64,000 bases of DNA from an uncultured bacterium (GCA_963749495.1 CAVVMW010000010.1:224001-288000), one strand, 5' to 3'. Numbered from the stretch's first letter, positions 19,945 to 31,280 are shown. Made by a program: numbers and translations. The notes: generated from the sequence alone by a model not told the origin.

Positions 19945-20163
19945 ATGATTGACGCAGCCACATTGGCGCAGATGAACGGCCAATACGTCCTGCCGCCCGA
20001 CGCCGGCCCGGCCTGGCGCGCGGCGCATGAAGCGGGCCTCGATATGTCGCTCATCGAGGGCGCCCTGAAACTGACGCCGGAGGAAAGGCTCGCCGAGCAC
20101 CAGCAGGTCATTGATTTTCTGCTCGAGGTGCAGGAAGCAGGTCGGTCTCATGCCGCAGAATGA
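19945..20163 (+). CDS. Small protein paired with a nucleotidyltransferase
   Basis: GLDMSLIEGALKLTPEERL. Overlaps the start of the next gene. Confidence 0.7.
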   Translation: MIDAATLAQMNGQYVLPPDAGPAWRAAHEAGLDMSLIEGALKLTPEERLAEHQQVIDFLLEVQEAGRSHAAE

Positions 20164-20632
20164 CCAGGCTCTGCTCACCCGGCTCAAGGACAGCGGCCTC
20201 GATTTCGTTGTCATTGGCGGGGTGTGTGCCGTCTATCACGGCGCCCCACTGGCCACGTTCGACCTGGACATTTGCTGCCCTTTTGGCGAGGGAAACGTCC
20301 GCCGAATCGAGTCCGCAGTCAGCGATTTGCACCCGTTCCATCGGCTGACCGCAAACCGGTTGCCGCTGGAGATGACGCGAAGCGCTTTTGGCGATCTTAA
20401 GAATCTGTATTTGCAGACGGATTTGGGCAAATTGGATTGCCTGAGCGAGGTCGCTGGGGTAGGAGATTTCAAAGCGGTCCATGAAAGGAGCATCGAGGCA
20501 AGCTTCTCCTATGGACGATTCAGGTTTTTGAATCTTGATGCCCTGATTGCATCAAAAAGGGCCACGGGGCGGGAGCGGGATTTGGCCGCTGTCCGGTGTC
20601 TGCTCGCGATCAAGGAGAGAAACGCGCAATAA
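20150..20632 (+). CDS. Nucleotidyltransferase (DUF6036/AbiEii-like fold)
   Basis: FVVIGGVCAVYHGAPLATFDLDI and LDALIASKRATGRERDL. Confidence 0.8.
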   Translation: MPQNDQALLTRLKDSGLDFVVIGGVCAVYHGAPLATFDLDICCPFGEGNVRRIESAVSDLHPFHRLTANRLPLEMTRSAFGDLKNLYLQTDLGKLDCLSEVAGVGDFKAVHERSIEASFSYGRFRFLNLDALIASKRATGRERDLAAVRCLLAIKERNAQ

Positions 20633-20685
20633 AGCGGGCTGTCCCATGGCTGCGCGCATGAGTAAAGGGCGCTTTCATGCGCACC

Positions 20686-20911
20686 CGGGCCGAAGGCCCG
20701 CCATGTGATAGCCCGGGCTGGAGCGAAGCGGATGCCCGGGCAAACGAGTGTCCCTCGGAAACGCCCCGGCCTGTGAGGCCGGGACCCGTTCTTCACGGAC
20801 CTGTCTGCTGTGACGCCCCCTTCAGGGCGGGGGAGGCTATTGGCCGATGACCTGGGCCTCCGCTCGCAAGCTGGCTCCAGCCCAGGCTGGCACATTCCGG
20901 GCTTTCAGCCC
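20686..20911. repeat. REP-like palindromic element between convergent genes
   Basis: GGGCCGAAGGCCCG...AGCCCGGGCTGGAGC pairs imperfectly with GCTCCAGCCCAGGCT...CGGGCTTTCAGCCC. Confidence 0.65.
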
Positions 20912-20924
20912 GAGGACGGGCGCC

Positions 20925-21806
20925 TCACCACTTGACCTGTTCGAGAAATCGCAGGCTCTCGGGGATCTGCTTTTCGGACGAGGACGATTCGTCCTCGATG
21001 AAATACCATTTCACTCCCGCCTTTTTCGCCGCGCGCAACACGGCCGGCATGTCGATCTGGCCGGCGCCCAGCGCGACATCGGCCTCGACATCGGGCCAGG
21101 GCGCAGTCGGGCCGGTGGGCGTGCCCTTTTTCATGTCCTTCAAGTGGACCAGCTCCCAGCGTTTGCCGTACTTCTGGAAGAGCTGGACCGGGTCCTGCCC
21201 GGGATAGACGATCCAGAAGATGTCCATCTCATAGCTTACCAGCTTCGGATCGGTCTGGCTGAACAGCAGGTCGAGCAGGGTCTCCTGCCCGTAAGGCTGA
21301 AACTCGAAGCCATGGACGTGGTAATAGAATTTCATGCCGTGCGCGGCCATGACCTGGCCGGCGCGGTTGAAAATGGCGGCGGTTTCGCGGCAGGTCTTTT
21401 CATCGAAAGTCCCCTGGTGGGTGATGTAGGGGCAGCCGACGTATTTGAGGCCCAGGGCCTTGGCCTCGCGCGCCACGGCCTCGGGGTCCTCGCGCAGCCG
21501 GTCCAGTGTGAAGTGCATGCCGATGGGCTTGATGCCGCGCGCGGCCAGCATGGCGATGTATTGCTCGGGCGGGAGTTTGTAGGTGCCGTCCAACTCGGCA
21601 TACCGAAAGCCAAATCGCTGGACTTCATCGAGCGTGCCGGGCACGTCCTTCTTGAATTGTTCGCGCAAGCTATAAAGCTGAAGCCCAAGGGGCCCCTTGA
21701 AGCTCGGGCCGACCCCGACGCCCGCGGCTGCGCCGGCGGACCCGCCGGAGAGCATCAGCGCCAAGGAACCCAGAGTGGAGATGAGAAAGAAAATGCTTGG
21801 TTTCAT
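20925..21806 (-). CDS. Secreted sugar phosphate isomerase/epimerase (TIM barrel)
   Basis: LGLQLYSLR, YHVHGFEF, EMDIFW, HLKDM and FIEDE. Confidence 0.9.
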   Translation of the reverse strand: MKPSIFFLISTLGSLALMLSGGSAGAAAGVGVGPSFKGPLGLQLYSLREQFKKDVPGTLDEVQRFGFRYAELDGTYKLPPEQYIAMLAARGIKPIGMHFTLDRLREDPEAVAREAKALGLKYVGCPYITHQGTFDEKTCRETAAIFNRAGQVMAAHGMKFYYHVHGFEFQPYGQETLLDLLFSQTDPKLVSYEMDIFWIVYPGQDPVQLFQKYGKRWELVHLKDMKKGTPTGPTAPWPDVEADVALGAGQIDMPAVLRAAKKAGVKWYFIEDESSSSEKQIPESLRFLEQVKW

Positions 21807-21860
21807 ACGCGCCAGTTCACCTCAAAGGGCGGTGATAGACAAGCAAAAGGTGGATGCCAG

Positions 21861-22183
21861 CTAAGGGGTCAAGGGTAGCCGCTTCAGCCAAGTCAAGGGA
21901 TCCGAGGAGCTGGGGATCAGCGACCGGAACACCAGAATGTCCCCGGAAACACCGTACAGGACGAAGAATGGGAATGAGGGTAAATTGCGCCTCCGGACCT
22001 CGTTGACGATCTGCGAGCCTGTGTTGAGGCAATGGCCCGCGGAGCCTGGAGAGGCCTTGATTTGCTGGATTGCTTTATCAACCTCGGCGCGGAATCGCCG
22101 CCCAAGCTGAAGAGAGATTTCGCGGTACTGAGCCCGTACCGCTTTATGTCCTGCGGAAACTCCGGGTGGTAGGAAACCCTCAT
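21861..22183 (-). CDS. ParE/RelE-family toxin (frameshift near 22135)
   Basis: MRVSYHPEF, then in a shifted frame YREISLQLGRRFRAEVDKAIQQI...RRRNLPSFPFFVLY. ATGA overlap with the antitoxin. Confidence 0.7.
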
Positions 22184-22383
22184 TCCAACGCGCGCTGGAA
22201 CTCGGTCTCGCTCAGTCCGCAAACCCTGCCGGTCAGCACATCTTCGATCCCTTGGACCGCCCTGGCAATCTCGGTTGCGCTCTGCTGTTCGGCAACGACA
22301 CTGGCGACAATGCGCCGGGCCAGATCCAGCCGCTCTGCTTCGGACAATTCCATGACCGCTTCGGCAATTTCGCGCACGCTCAT
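22180..22383 (-). CDS. Addiction-module antitoxin
   Basis: EIAEAVMELSEAERLDLARRI, 67 aa, directly upstream of the toxin. Confidence 0.7.
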   Translation of the reverse strand: MSVREIAEAVMELSEAERLDLARRIVASVVAEQQSATEIARAVQGIEDVLTGRVCGLSETEFQRALE

Positions 22384-22499
22384 CCTCAGAAACTAGCCTT
22401 GCTGACGAGGCACTGCAAGTCGAATGGGCGCGTTGGGCGCGTTGGGGCGTGCCCTCAGTTTTTGGCACCTCTCATGAATATTGGGCTTGGGCCCGTTGC

Positions 22500-24579
22500 T
22501 CAGGGCGCCGCATCCGCGGTCCAGGCGCGGGGCGTCACCGGGAACATCGAGATGCGGAACTTGGTGCAACCATAGGGCACCAGGCGAACGGTTTCGGAGG
22601 CGGTCCCGGCCACGGGTTTGTCGGGCAGGGCCTGCGCGTCAGTCGGCTGCCAATCAAAGGCGAGGACAGGGGCTTTGATCCGCACCGGCGCATCCAGCGG
22701 CCAGTTCCAGCGGGCAGGCATCGGCTTACGTTCCACGATGAGGCCGGAATCATGCCGGGCGGCTGCGCTGTCCAGGGCGTATTGCCAGCGGGCGTCCTTG
22801 GCGGGCGTGTTTGGGTCCAAATCGGGGATCGGCAAGGCGAAGAGCAGCGGGCCGCAGAGGACGCTGGCGTAGGGCAGGCGCCGCGGCTCGAAGACCGCCG
22901 CGGGCTCGAATTTGAAGTAGCCGCGATTGGCGGCGGGAAACTCCGTCTCGTAGCCGCGCAGGACGCTCGGCGTCATCGGCAATCGCAACTCAACGCTGTC
23001 GCCCCGGGACCATTTCCGCTCCAACCGGACGAAGTGCTTCTCATCGGGCGTCACCTTCAGGCGGGCGCCGTTCACCGAGATCCGCGCGGCGCGGCACCAG
23101 CCGGGAATCCGCAGGTAGAGCGGGAACTTGACCTGGTTCTTCGGTTCGATGGTCATGCGGACGGTCTCGCCGAATGGGTAATCGGTGGCAACCGTAACCG
23201 TGACCGGGACGCCGTCTCCCGCCAGGGCTGAAACCGCGCAGGGCCCATACAGGGCTGCAGCCAGTCCGTTGTCGCGAGTGGCGGACCACATGTTGATGAC
23301 GAAGTTGGGGATGATGCGGTTGAGCGCGCCGACGCAGCAAAGGACATTCGAGCAGCCGAGCGGGGTAAATCGGGTGTTCGGGCGGGCCCGGACAATTCGG
23401 TTGCTCACACGGCAGCGAATCCGAGCGCAGCCGGTTCGGAGACTGGTAGTAGCACATGGTTTGGAAATCGCGGGCCACCGGTCCGGCGCCCGCATTGTAG
23501 AAGGCGCGCTCCATGCGGTCCCCCCAATCGCCGCTGCCCTGGATGCGGTACATCCAGGCCGCGGACAACAGCATGGCCGTGACATCGCACGTCTCGGTCT
23601 TGCGGAAGGCGCCGACGCCCGAGGCGAACTCCTCGCCGGAGGCCACGCCGTAAGGCAGCAGGTGGCGTTGGTCGAGCCACTGGAACGCATTGGCCGTGGC
23701 CTGGAGCAGGTGCGGGTCGCCCGTCCATGGATAGACCAGGCCAGGGAGGCGGATGTTCTCGTAGAAGATGACCATGTGACCCGGAGCCAGGCGGCCTTCC
23801 GACCAGGATTGGAAGGCCCTGGCCGGGTCCGGCTGCGCGATGGCTTGCAGGGCGCGGTCGAGGATGCGCCGGTCGCCGCTGAACGAGTAGGTCTCCAACA
23901 TCGGGTCCAGGTTGCACAGGCCGCTCACGTCGCCAAAGTCCAGGCGCGGGCCGCCCATGTTCGCAGGGTAATCGGCATAGACCTTCACCAGCGCCTCCAG
24001 GACGCGCGGCTCGCGGGTGGCGTCATAGAGCGCCACCAGCGCGCGGCCCATCTGCGAATGCGCCCAACCGTCGAACCCCTGGGGTTTGTAGCCCTTCTTC
24101 CAGTAGATGAACGAAGTGCCGAAGGGGGCCTTGGCCACGCCCTCGACGACGGGATCGAGGCGCGCCCGGATTTTCCTGACGAGCGCCTCGTCGTGCAGCA
24201 CCAGGCCCAGCCGGAGGGCGCCGTCCAGCCAGTAGGCGGACTGCTCGATGGGCCAACCGGTGCCGTCGGCGGCCGCGCCCGGCGCCTGCACGGGGATGCC
24301 TTTCCAGCCGTCGGCGAAGGTCGGGTGCCGTTCGTCCAAGTGCCCGGTAATCCCCTCGCGCGCGGCTTGCGCCCAGTCCCGCAGCCAGCCCGCGGGCTGG
24401 ACCGTGCCCGGGGGCAAAGGCAGAAACGCCGTTTTCACGGCCGGCTCGGCCGCCCGCTCGTAGTTGGCCGCCCGGAGTCCTTCTGCCGGGCTGGCGTGCG
24501 AACTTGCGGGGAAGACGGGCGCGGTCTGGGACAGAAGGACGATCAGGGTCCCAAGCGTTAGGGAGGGACGCACGCGCAT
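22500..24579 (-). CDS. GH127/GH146-like beta-L-arabinofuranosidase (frameshift near 23385)
   Basis: PAGWLRDW, YWLDGA, TETCDV, MERAFYNA, LCCVG, TDYPF and LVPYGCTKFRISMFP, spread over two frames. Confidence 0.8.
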
Positions 24580-24673
24580 GCTCAGACGCTAGCCGAGGCG
24601 TCGGGGCCCTGCAAGCCGAATGGGCGCGGCAACCGCATTGACAGCCCGGGCCGGGTCTCCTACGTTTGCCTGG

Positions 24674-24898
24674 ATGAGCGCAGTCATTGCTGCACCTGTG
24701 GATTGGGTCGAGTCGGTCGGCAACCTGCGGTTGCCCTCGAAAGCGGACCGTCGCCTGCAGGAATTGATGGACCGCAATAACGAAGGGCTTCTGGGCGCGA
24801 CCGAGCGCGAAGAATTCGAAGCCCTGGCGGAGTTGAGCGAACTGCTGTCTCTGGTGCGGGCTGAGGCATTGCAGATTCTGGGCAAGCAGCCCGAATGA
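24674..24898 (+). CDS. Small antitoxin-like protein
   Basis: DRRLQELMDRNNEGLL..EREE. The overlapping downstream ATG leads into decayed sequence. Confidence 0.6.
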   Translation: MSAVIAAPVDWVESVGNLRLPSKADRRLQELMDRNNEGLLGATEREEFEALAELSELLSLVRAEALQILGKQPE

Positions 24899-25081
24899 GC
24901 CTCCCCCAGAATGCCGAGTGGATCGCTGCGGGCCTGCCGTTCCGAGCCGCTGCCCGAGAGCGCAGTGACAGGCACGCCTTGTTCCCGGCCCGAAGGGCCG
25001 CGGCAGGCCGGACCCCGGTTTTTGGAGCCCAGTGATCGCGCACGCAGGATGCTAATGAACCTCCGTCTGGTTAGCATCCGC

Positions 25082-27612
25082 TCACTCAAAGACCTCGAGT
25101 TCGCGGATGGCGTGGCCCCATTGGGTGGCGCGCTTGAGGCAGGAGATGCGGACATGCCGTGCTTCCGCCGGGGCGAAACGGATCTCACTCATGCCGCCTT
25201 TGCCGTTTTCTTCCTTGAAGACATCGGTCCAGTTCTGCCCGTCGGGCGAGACTTGGACGGCAAAGACTTTCGAGTAGGCGTTCTCCCAGGTAATGCGGAC
25301 GTGGCTGACCTTGCACAGGGCGCCCAGGTCCACCGCGAGCCACGCGGGGTCGGCGAAGGTGGAGGACCAGTAGGTCGCCGGGTCGCCATCCACGGCATTG
25401 GCGGGCAGGTGCTGCTCGGCGAAAGAGGATGAGGCGGAGGCGGGTTTCTGATAGGCCAGTCCGAAGGCGCGGGGGTCAACAAGCTGCAAGTCGCGCACGC
25501 TGCGGACGGGTTGGCCATCCAGGCCGCGCAACTCCGCTTCGAGGGTGTATGGGCCGAGCGGTTCGGGCCAGGTCACCTGGAAGTCCAGCGTTGCCCGGCC
25601 CAGGGGGTCGAGGCTCGCCGCACGGTTGACCTCGAAGATCGAGGCATCGTCTCCGGCCTTGCGCAGCCGGAGCGTGACCGGGCCGCTCCAGGGCTGGTCA
25701 AGGTCGTTGATGAGGATGACTGGAACGCGGGACCGGGTTCTGGTGAACGAGCTTGTCCTTCCAGAAATCCACGGCCAGACCAACGGGCGCGAAGGCCTCG
25801 CGCACATAACGGTGAAACTCCGGTTCCCATTCGAGCTTCTCGACGCCGCCCAGCGTCCAATGGTCGCAGGTCTGCCCATCAGGACGGGAGTAGCCAAGCA
25901 TCGTGAAGTGGACCACCGCGGCGGCTTTGCGATGAGCGCGCCAGAATTCGGTGTCGGCCGCCAGCCAGGTGGCCTGCATGTGGAAGCGCTGGGCGGGGGT
26001 GGCGTTTTCCCCCAGGACCGCGCGGTAGATGTCGCGCGTGAGGGTGGTGGGGTTGCCGTCGCGGTTGACCCAGTGCCAGCCGTATTCGTTGATGACGACC
26101 GCGTGTGTGCCGTCGTTGTGGACCTGGTTTCCCTGCGGGACCGGATCGGCGGAGGCCAGGCTCGACAGCCGGAAGCCCGGATTGAAGTGGTAGGGGTGAG
26201 ACTCGAACATGTCGCCCGGGTCCATCGGCGCCGTGTAGCTGTTGTCCCATGGGCGATGGGAGAGGTCGAGGCCGCGCACTGTGCGGATGGCCGGGACGGT
26301 TTCGGGGCTGGCGGTTTCGTTGTTGGCGTCCCACACGACGACGCAGGGGTGGTTCCAACGCTCGCGCATCCACTCGGCGTATTCGAGGGCCAATTCATCA
26401 CTCTTCAACTCCTTGGGCCAGGTGCTCCAGCCCGAGCCGCCATACCAGATCGGGAACTCGTCCTGGATGAGGACACCCGTCTCGTCGGCGATGTCGTACC
26501 AGGCCTCGGGGGCCAAACCGATGCAGTAGCGCAGCCAGTCCCAGTGCATTTCCTTGACCCGCTCGTGGAGCCGCCGCACCCAGTCCCGCCGCCACGGCAA
26601 GTCTTTGCACTCGCTGTCCTCGAAAAACCGGTAGAGCGTGATGTTGCTGCCGCGGATGTAATACGGCCTGCCGTTGAGCACCGCGCGCCCCGTCGCCGGG
26701 TCAAACCGGAACTCCCGCATCCCGAAGCGGGTCTGGAAGCGGTCTGCGGCGGTGTCGGCCTCGAGTGTGTAGAGGAACGGGTCCTGGGGCGACCAGAGGT
26801 GGCAGCCGGCGATGGGGATGCGCACGTCCACGGTGGTCTCGGCGCCCTGGGCCAGGCTGGTGGCCTCCGCAGCCAGGCGCCCGGCCTCGCGCCCCGATTT
26901 GGCCTCGCGCACCACGAACGTGACCGCCGCGCGGGCGGCCTCCCCATCGTTGTGCAGCACTGCCTGCACGCGCACCGTCCCGGAGGCGATCTCCGGCGCC
27001 GCCTGTACCTGCGTGAAATGCGGCGTGCCCGATAGGATCAACTCCACGGAATCGAAGATGCCGGGGATGTACCGCTCCTTCTCGTAGTCGAACCCGTTGG
27101 GAATGCCCGGCCCCACGGCATCGCGATCCGCGCCGACGCGGATGAGCAACTCGTTCTCGCCGACTTTCAGGGCGGATTTCGCTTTGAAATAGCCGGGCGT
27201 GAAGCAGGGCAAATGGTCGCCGAGGGCCTGTCCATTGAGGATGACGCGGGTGCCGAACATGGCCTTGTGGACCTTGAGCGAGGCCACTGCGGGCGGCGGC
27301 TGCTCGAGCCGGAACGCGCGCCGGTACCAGAACGCGTCCCGCTTGGGGTCTTTCTGCGGGACTTTGCCGCGCTCGGCGACCTTCGGCCCCGGCGGGTCGG
27401 CAAAGGCGGGCGTGGCCAATGACACCAGCCCCGGCACCGGCACGGCGCGGTCGAAGCTGGCAGGGATCTGATCCATCTTCCCCTCGGCGATCTGCCAGGT
27501 GCCCGTCGAGTGAAAGGACGCGGCGGGGCGGTTCCGTGGCGCCGTTCATGGTTTGCAATCCGAGGCACAGGAGCGCCGCGGCCGCAGTGATCGGAAGGTG
27601 TCGTGTCATCAT
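25082..27612 (-). CDS. GH2 glycoside hydrolase with C-terminal F5/8 (CBM32-like) domain (two frameshifts)
   Basis: FGMREF, LNGRPYYIRGSN, ADETGVLIQDEF, NHPCVVVWDANNE, INEYG. C-terminal NAVDGD...WLAVDLG...ELEVF. Confidence 0.85.
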
Positions 27613-27832
27613 AGCGGACATGCCTTCCAGAGTATCCGGGCCTGTGTGGAGTGTCGAGCGTCGAGTGCTCACCACGCGCCACGAGGGGTGCATCTCGCCG
27701 GTACCACCCCAGGAGAGGGAACCGCGGGGCACCGCTCAGCAGCCCGAAGGGCTTATTATCACTCAGGGCGGGGTTGCGCGGGACGCGCTACCCTGGGTAG
27801 GAGTCCGGCACGACCCGCAACCCTGAGAGATT

Positions 27833-28086
27833 TCCCCCAAACGGAATTTGGCGCATTGAGCCCCCGAACCTCGTGGGTTTGTGCAAGTACTTCGCCAGCA
27901 ATGGATTGCGCAGTAACTCCCCTTGGAGGTTCCTGGAGAGCCTCGACGATGTTGACATCATGCATGGGGACCATGAACCGGAAGGGGGTCGCCCAACGCG
28001 AAGCGTTTTGGACTGCCGCAGTCCTCTGGCGCTTTTTCGACCCCAGCGCGCACGAAAGCGCCAGAGGACTGCGGCAGTCCAAAACC
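27833..28086. repeat. Composite palindromic repeat / MITE-like element
   Basis: CCCCCAAACGGAATTTGGCGCATTGA.CCCCCGAACCT and hairpin TTTTGGACTGC.GCAGTCCTCTGGCGCTTT / AAAGCGCCAGAGGACTGCGGCAGTCCAAAA. An inverted relative lies at 62940-63103. Confidence 0.75.
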
Positions 28087-28294
28087 TTCGGGCTTGGCGA
28101 CTGTTCATGGAGAGGGTTGCAGCGAGCTGCGGCGCCCCTTTCCTTTCCGGCTTAGGATTCGCCAGGAGGTTGCCCTCCAGCTTGGAGCATCGCCTCAACC
28201 AGTTGCTCGGGTGTCCACTGGTTGCCTGGCAAGATATTGCGAATCCGGCCGCGCGGATCAACCTATGGAAACAAAAGTCCGTTGGATCGGTGCG

Positions 28295-30079
28295 TCAGGC
28301 GGCTTTCTGAAATAGGCGGCAGATGGCCTCGGGGAAGGCGGGGAGTGCGATCAGTTGCCGGATTTGCGGAGGTACTTTCTCCAAGGAGCCTTGAACCGCC
28401 CGCAGTTCTTCGCGAACGGTTTGAGCGTCGATCTGGGCAAAGCGTTCTTCGAGGGTAGCCTGGCCGTTGAGCAGGATTTTGAGGCAGCCAGGATTTTCCA
28501 GATTTCGGACCAATGGGGTGTCGGCGATCATGCTTTGGAGCAAGCGGCTGATCGAGTTGTGCCCGCTTCTGCGGCGAGCTCCTCGCCGAAAATCGCGGAA
28601 GAACCGCTCCATAAGGTTGTTGGTGCGCTGGGGTTGGAGGCGCCGTGTTCCGCTGGGGGTCCTCACCGTGATCGGATCGGCAAAGAGCTTGTCTTTATAC
28701 TTGTTGATCTGCCCGATGAGGGCCTGCCAGTGGGGGGTGGAAGGGTAATCGGCACGGGAGGTAATCTCCTGGTGGAAGTGCTCGACCGCCTTTTCAATCG
28801 GGCCCATAGCCATCGGGCGGCTGCCAGAGTTGAGACCAGCGGCTCCGCCGGCTTCGGCAATACGCATCGCGCTACGCAGTCGGTCGAACACCGCGATCTT
28901 GAGGTTGATGGCGGTGAGCATTCTTTGCAGGCCCTCATCGGCGTAGATTCCTTTGAGTTCACAGGACAGCTTGAATAGCGGTTTGTTGTCCGCCCATTGG
29001 CCGCGGAGGTGAACGTCCTTGATTTGTTCCAAGCCCTGCCCCAGAGCCCGCAGGCGCTTGGCAAACTGCACGTGAGGCCGATCAAAGGGGAACCCGTAGC
29101 CCTGGCCGTCGGTTTTACCCTCCAGTGCCCACTGGATCAGAGCGTAGGCACAGAGCAGCGGAAAGACCTCCAGCTTCTCGCTCGGCAGACAGTGGCCCTG
29201 CACATCCTGACAGAAGCTCTCGACCAAGCCGGGCTGCTCATCGATGGCAGCTTTGAACCGGCGAGCGTAATAGAGCAGCTTTTCGGTCAGGCCATGCTTG
29301 CGCAGGCGCTGCCGGATAGCGTCATAGTCGGCCTCCAGGAGATCCTTGCCGGCATCGCGCAGAAAATGAAAATGACAGACAAAGTCCGGCACGCCGGGAA
29401 ACACCCTCTGGACTGCCGCCAGGATGCCGTGGCCCATGTCATGGACGGCCGCCACCGGCACCCCAAAGCGGCGCTTGATCTCCTGCAGGAACGGGACAAT
29501 CTGCTCGGTCTTTTCCGAGGGCACCTTCACATTGCCCAGCACGATTTCCGAGAGCGAATCCAGGCTGCTCATCAACATCGGCCCGCCCCCTTCACCGGTG
29601 CCATCCAGATGGAGAATGTAACCGCCTTGGGCGCGCATGGCTTGCTTGAGGGGTGGCGCCGACTGCCGGTGCGCCAGGGCGAGGTAGACGACGAACTTTC
29701 TTCCCAGATAGCCGACTTCACTGGGACTGAGCCGAACCTGGTGCGCTTGCAATTCCTCGATGATTTGCTCGGCCCGGCGCTGGTGCAAGAAAAGCGCCTG
29801 GCCGACGAAGACCAGCACATCGTACCCAAAGGTGCAGCCCGAGGGCACCAGTTGACTGAGAGACTCGGCGCCATAGAGGGTGTCGTTGGGGCAGTGCTCG
29901 CAGTGCAGGAGGGTTTCGTGCGCGCTAAAGCAGCCCAGCGGCAGGGTCTGAACCCTTCGGCGCTGGGTTTTGTAAACCTGGAGCGGCGCCCGACAGTCGG
30001 GGCAATCGGTTTGGGCGGGCCGAAAGGGCACGGTAGGCCGTTGCGCGAACAGACAGGCCGGGGAACTCTCTCTCGCCAA
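28295..30079 (-). CDS. Large DDE transposase (Mutator/IS256-like C(2)H signature)
   Basis: CPDC...CEHC zinc finger, LHLDGT, VHDMG, CHFH and RTNNLMERFFR. Confidence 0.8.
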   Translation of the reverse strand: MARESSPACLFAQRPTVPFRPAQTDCPDCRAPLQVYKTQRRRVQTLPLGCFSAHETLLHCEHCPNDTLYGAESLSQLVPSGCTFGYDVLVFVGQALFLHQRRAEQIIEELQAHQVRLSPSEVGYLGRKFVVYLALAHRQSAPPLKQAMRAQGGYILHLDGTGEGGGPMLMSSLDSLSEIVLGNVKVPSEKTEQIVPFLQEIKRRFGVPVAAVHDMGHGILAAVQRVFPGVPDFVCHFHFLRDAGKDLLEADYDAIRQRLRKHGLTEKLLYYARRFKAAIDEQPGLVESFCQDVQGHCLPSEKLEVFPLLCAYALIQWALEGKTDGQGYGFPFDRPHVQFAKRLRALGQGLEQIKDVHLRGQWADNKPLFKLSCELKGIYADEGLQRMLTAINLKIAVFDRLRSAMRIAEAGGAAGLNSGSRPMAMGPIEKAVEHFHQEITSRADYPSTPHWQALIGQINKYKDKLFADPITVRTPSGTRRLQPQRTNNLMERFFRDFRRGARRRSGHNSISRLLQSMIADTPLVRNLENPGCLKILLNGQATLEERFAQIDAQTVREELRAVQGSLEKVPPQIRQLIALPAFPEAICRLFQKAA

Positions 30080-30114
30080 CTTCTCCTGGTAACTCCGGAA
30101 GGTGGCCAGCGTAT

Positions 30115-30777
30115 TCAGTTGGGTGCCTGGGGCGTTTTTTTTAGACCGTGTTCCTGGAAGAAGCGCTGGATGCTCTCGGGAGCCACGGCGAGGTTACGTT
30201 GCTCTCGGAGCCGGGTGGCGATCTGCTCGAAGCTCAGTGCGGGCTCCTTGATGTATTCCACCAAGACCCAGAGGGCGGTTTGCGTGCTCAGCGCGGCCGT
30301 GGGGCTGGTGGCTTGCGCGAAGGCGGCTTGCTCGCGCTGCTGGCGATTGAGGTGCGGGTCGGCCGCCAGGTAGCGAAACTGGCCTGAGAGCCGGAGACGA
30401 TCCAATCGGCCCGCCTTGTGCAGTTGGCTCAAAACGGCGTGACAGGGGTGTTGCAACTTCCCGGTCAGTTCGCTGGCGGACAGTCCGGCGGGGCTGCCTC
30501 CGACCAGGTGATCAATGGTGGCGGTGAGACTGCCGTGTTTGGAAAAGCCGATCCCTCTGTAGTGCCACAGGCCATCTCGGTCAAAGTCTGGGGAATCGCG
30601 CAGAGTGTACCACTTGCCGTTCTGGGTGTAACTCCTGAAGTAGCCGACCTGCTTGAGGAAGCGGCGCACCGAGATCAGGGCGTAGCCGAGAGCCTCGGCG
30701 AGTTGGTCGAGCATCCAGCACTTGCGGCGGTGGAACAATTTTTCCAGGCGCTCGGTCGCGGGCCGTGGAGGCGTCAT
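30115..30777 (-). CDS. HTH accessory protein of the two-gene IS
   Basis: LDQLAEALGYALISVRRFL and YFRSYTQNGKWYTL. Lies 36 bp upstream of the transposase. Confidence 0.7.
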   Translation of the reverse strand: MTPPRPATERLEKLFHRRKCWMLDQLAEALGYALISVRRFLKQVGYFRSYTQNGKWYTLRDSPDFDRDGLWHYRGIGFSKHGSLTATIDHLVGGSPAGLSASELTGKLQHPCHAVLSQLHKAGRLDRLRLSGQFRYLAADPHLNRQQREQAAFAQATSPTAALSTQTALWVLVEYIKEPALSFEQIATRLREQRNLAVAPESIQRFFQEHGLKKTPQAPN

Positions 30778-30784
30778 AGGCAAA

Positions 30785-30828
30785 TGATATAGTGTTAAAC
30801 TATCCGTCAGATATTTAATACTGTATCA
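30785..30828. promoter_or_regulatory. AT-rich imperfect palindrome upstream of IS ORF A
   Basis: TGATATAGTGTTAAACTATC...GATATTTAATACTGTATCA. Confidence 0.55.
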
Positions 30829-31280
30829 TGGGCTGGGGGCTTGTCAACGCCTTGGCTCGCTCGGCCCGTCCAACGCAGCGCACCGCTTAAGCCACGCCGG
30901 GAGAAGGGCTTACGACTACCAGACCTTCAAAGCTGAAAAACCAGATAGGGCCACCGATGGGACAAAATGATCGAGTATGAAAGTCTGCGGTCGCTGTAAG
31001 TGCCTGCCCACCAACGACGCAACCGAGCTTTGCGATCATAGTAGCTTTCTTTGCTCCGTCTGGCGGCTCAGAATCGTTCCGCTGCCCATCGGCTATCATC
31101 TGCTGCCCCTACGGGGCAGGGAAGTGCGCGCCCCGCGCGGAGGAGAGGATTATTGGGGGACGGTGTCCGGATGCGCCCTTCCATCACGGCTCTGCCAACT
31201 ATGCCTTTCATACCTCGTTGGCTTCTGGTAAGGTGGCCTGAAATGAAAACCACAAGGTCCAATCGAAAGGGAAAAGCCCT

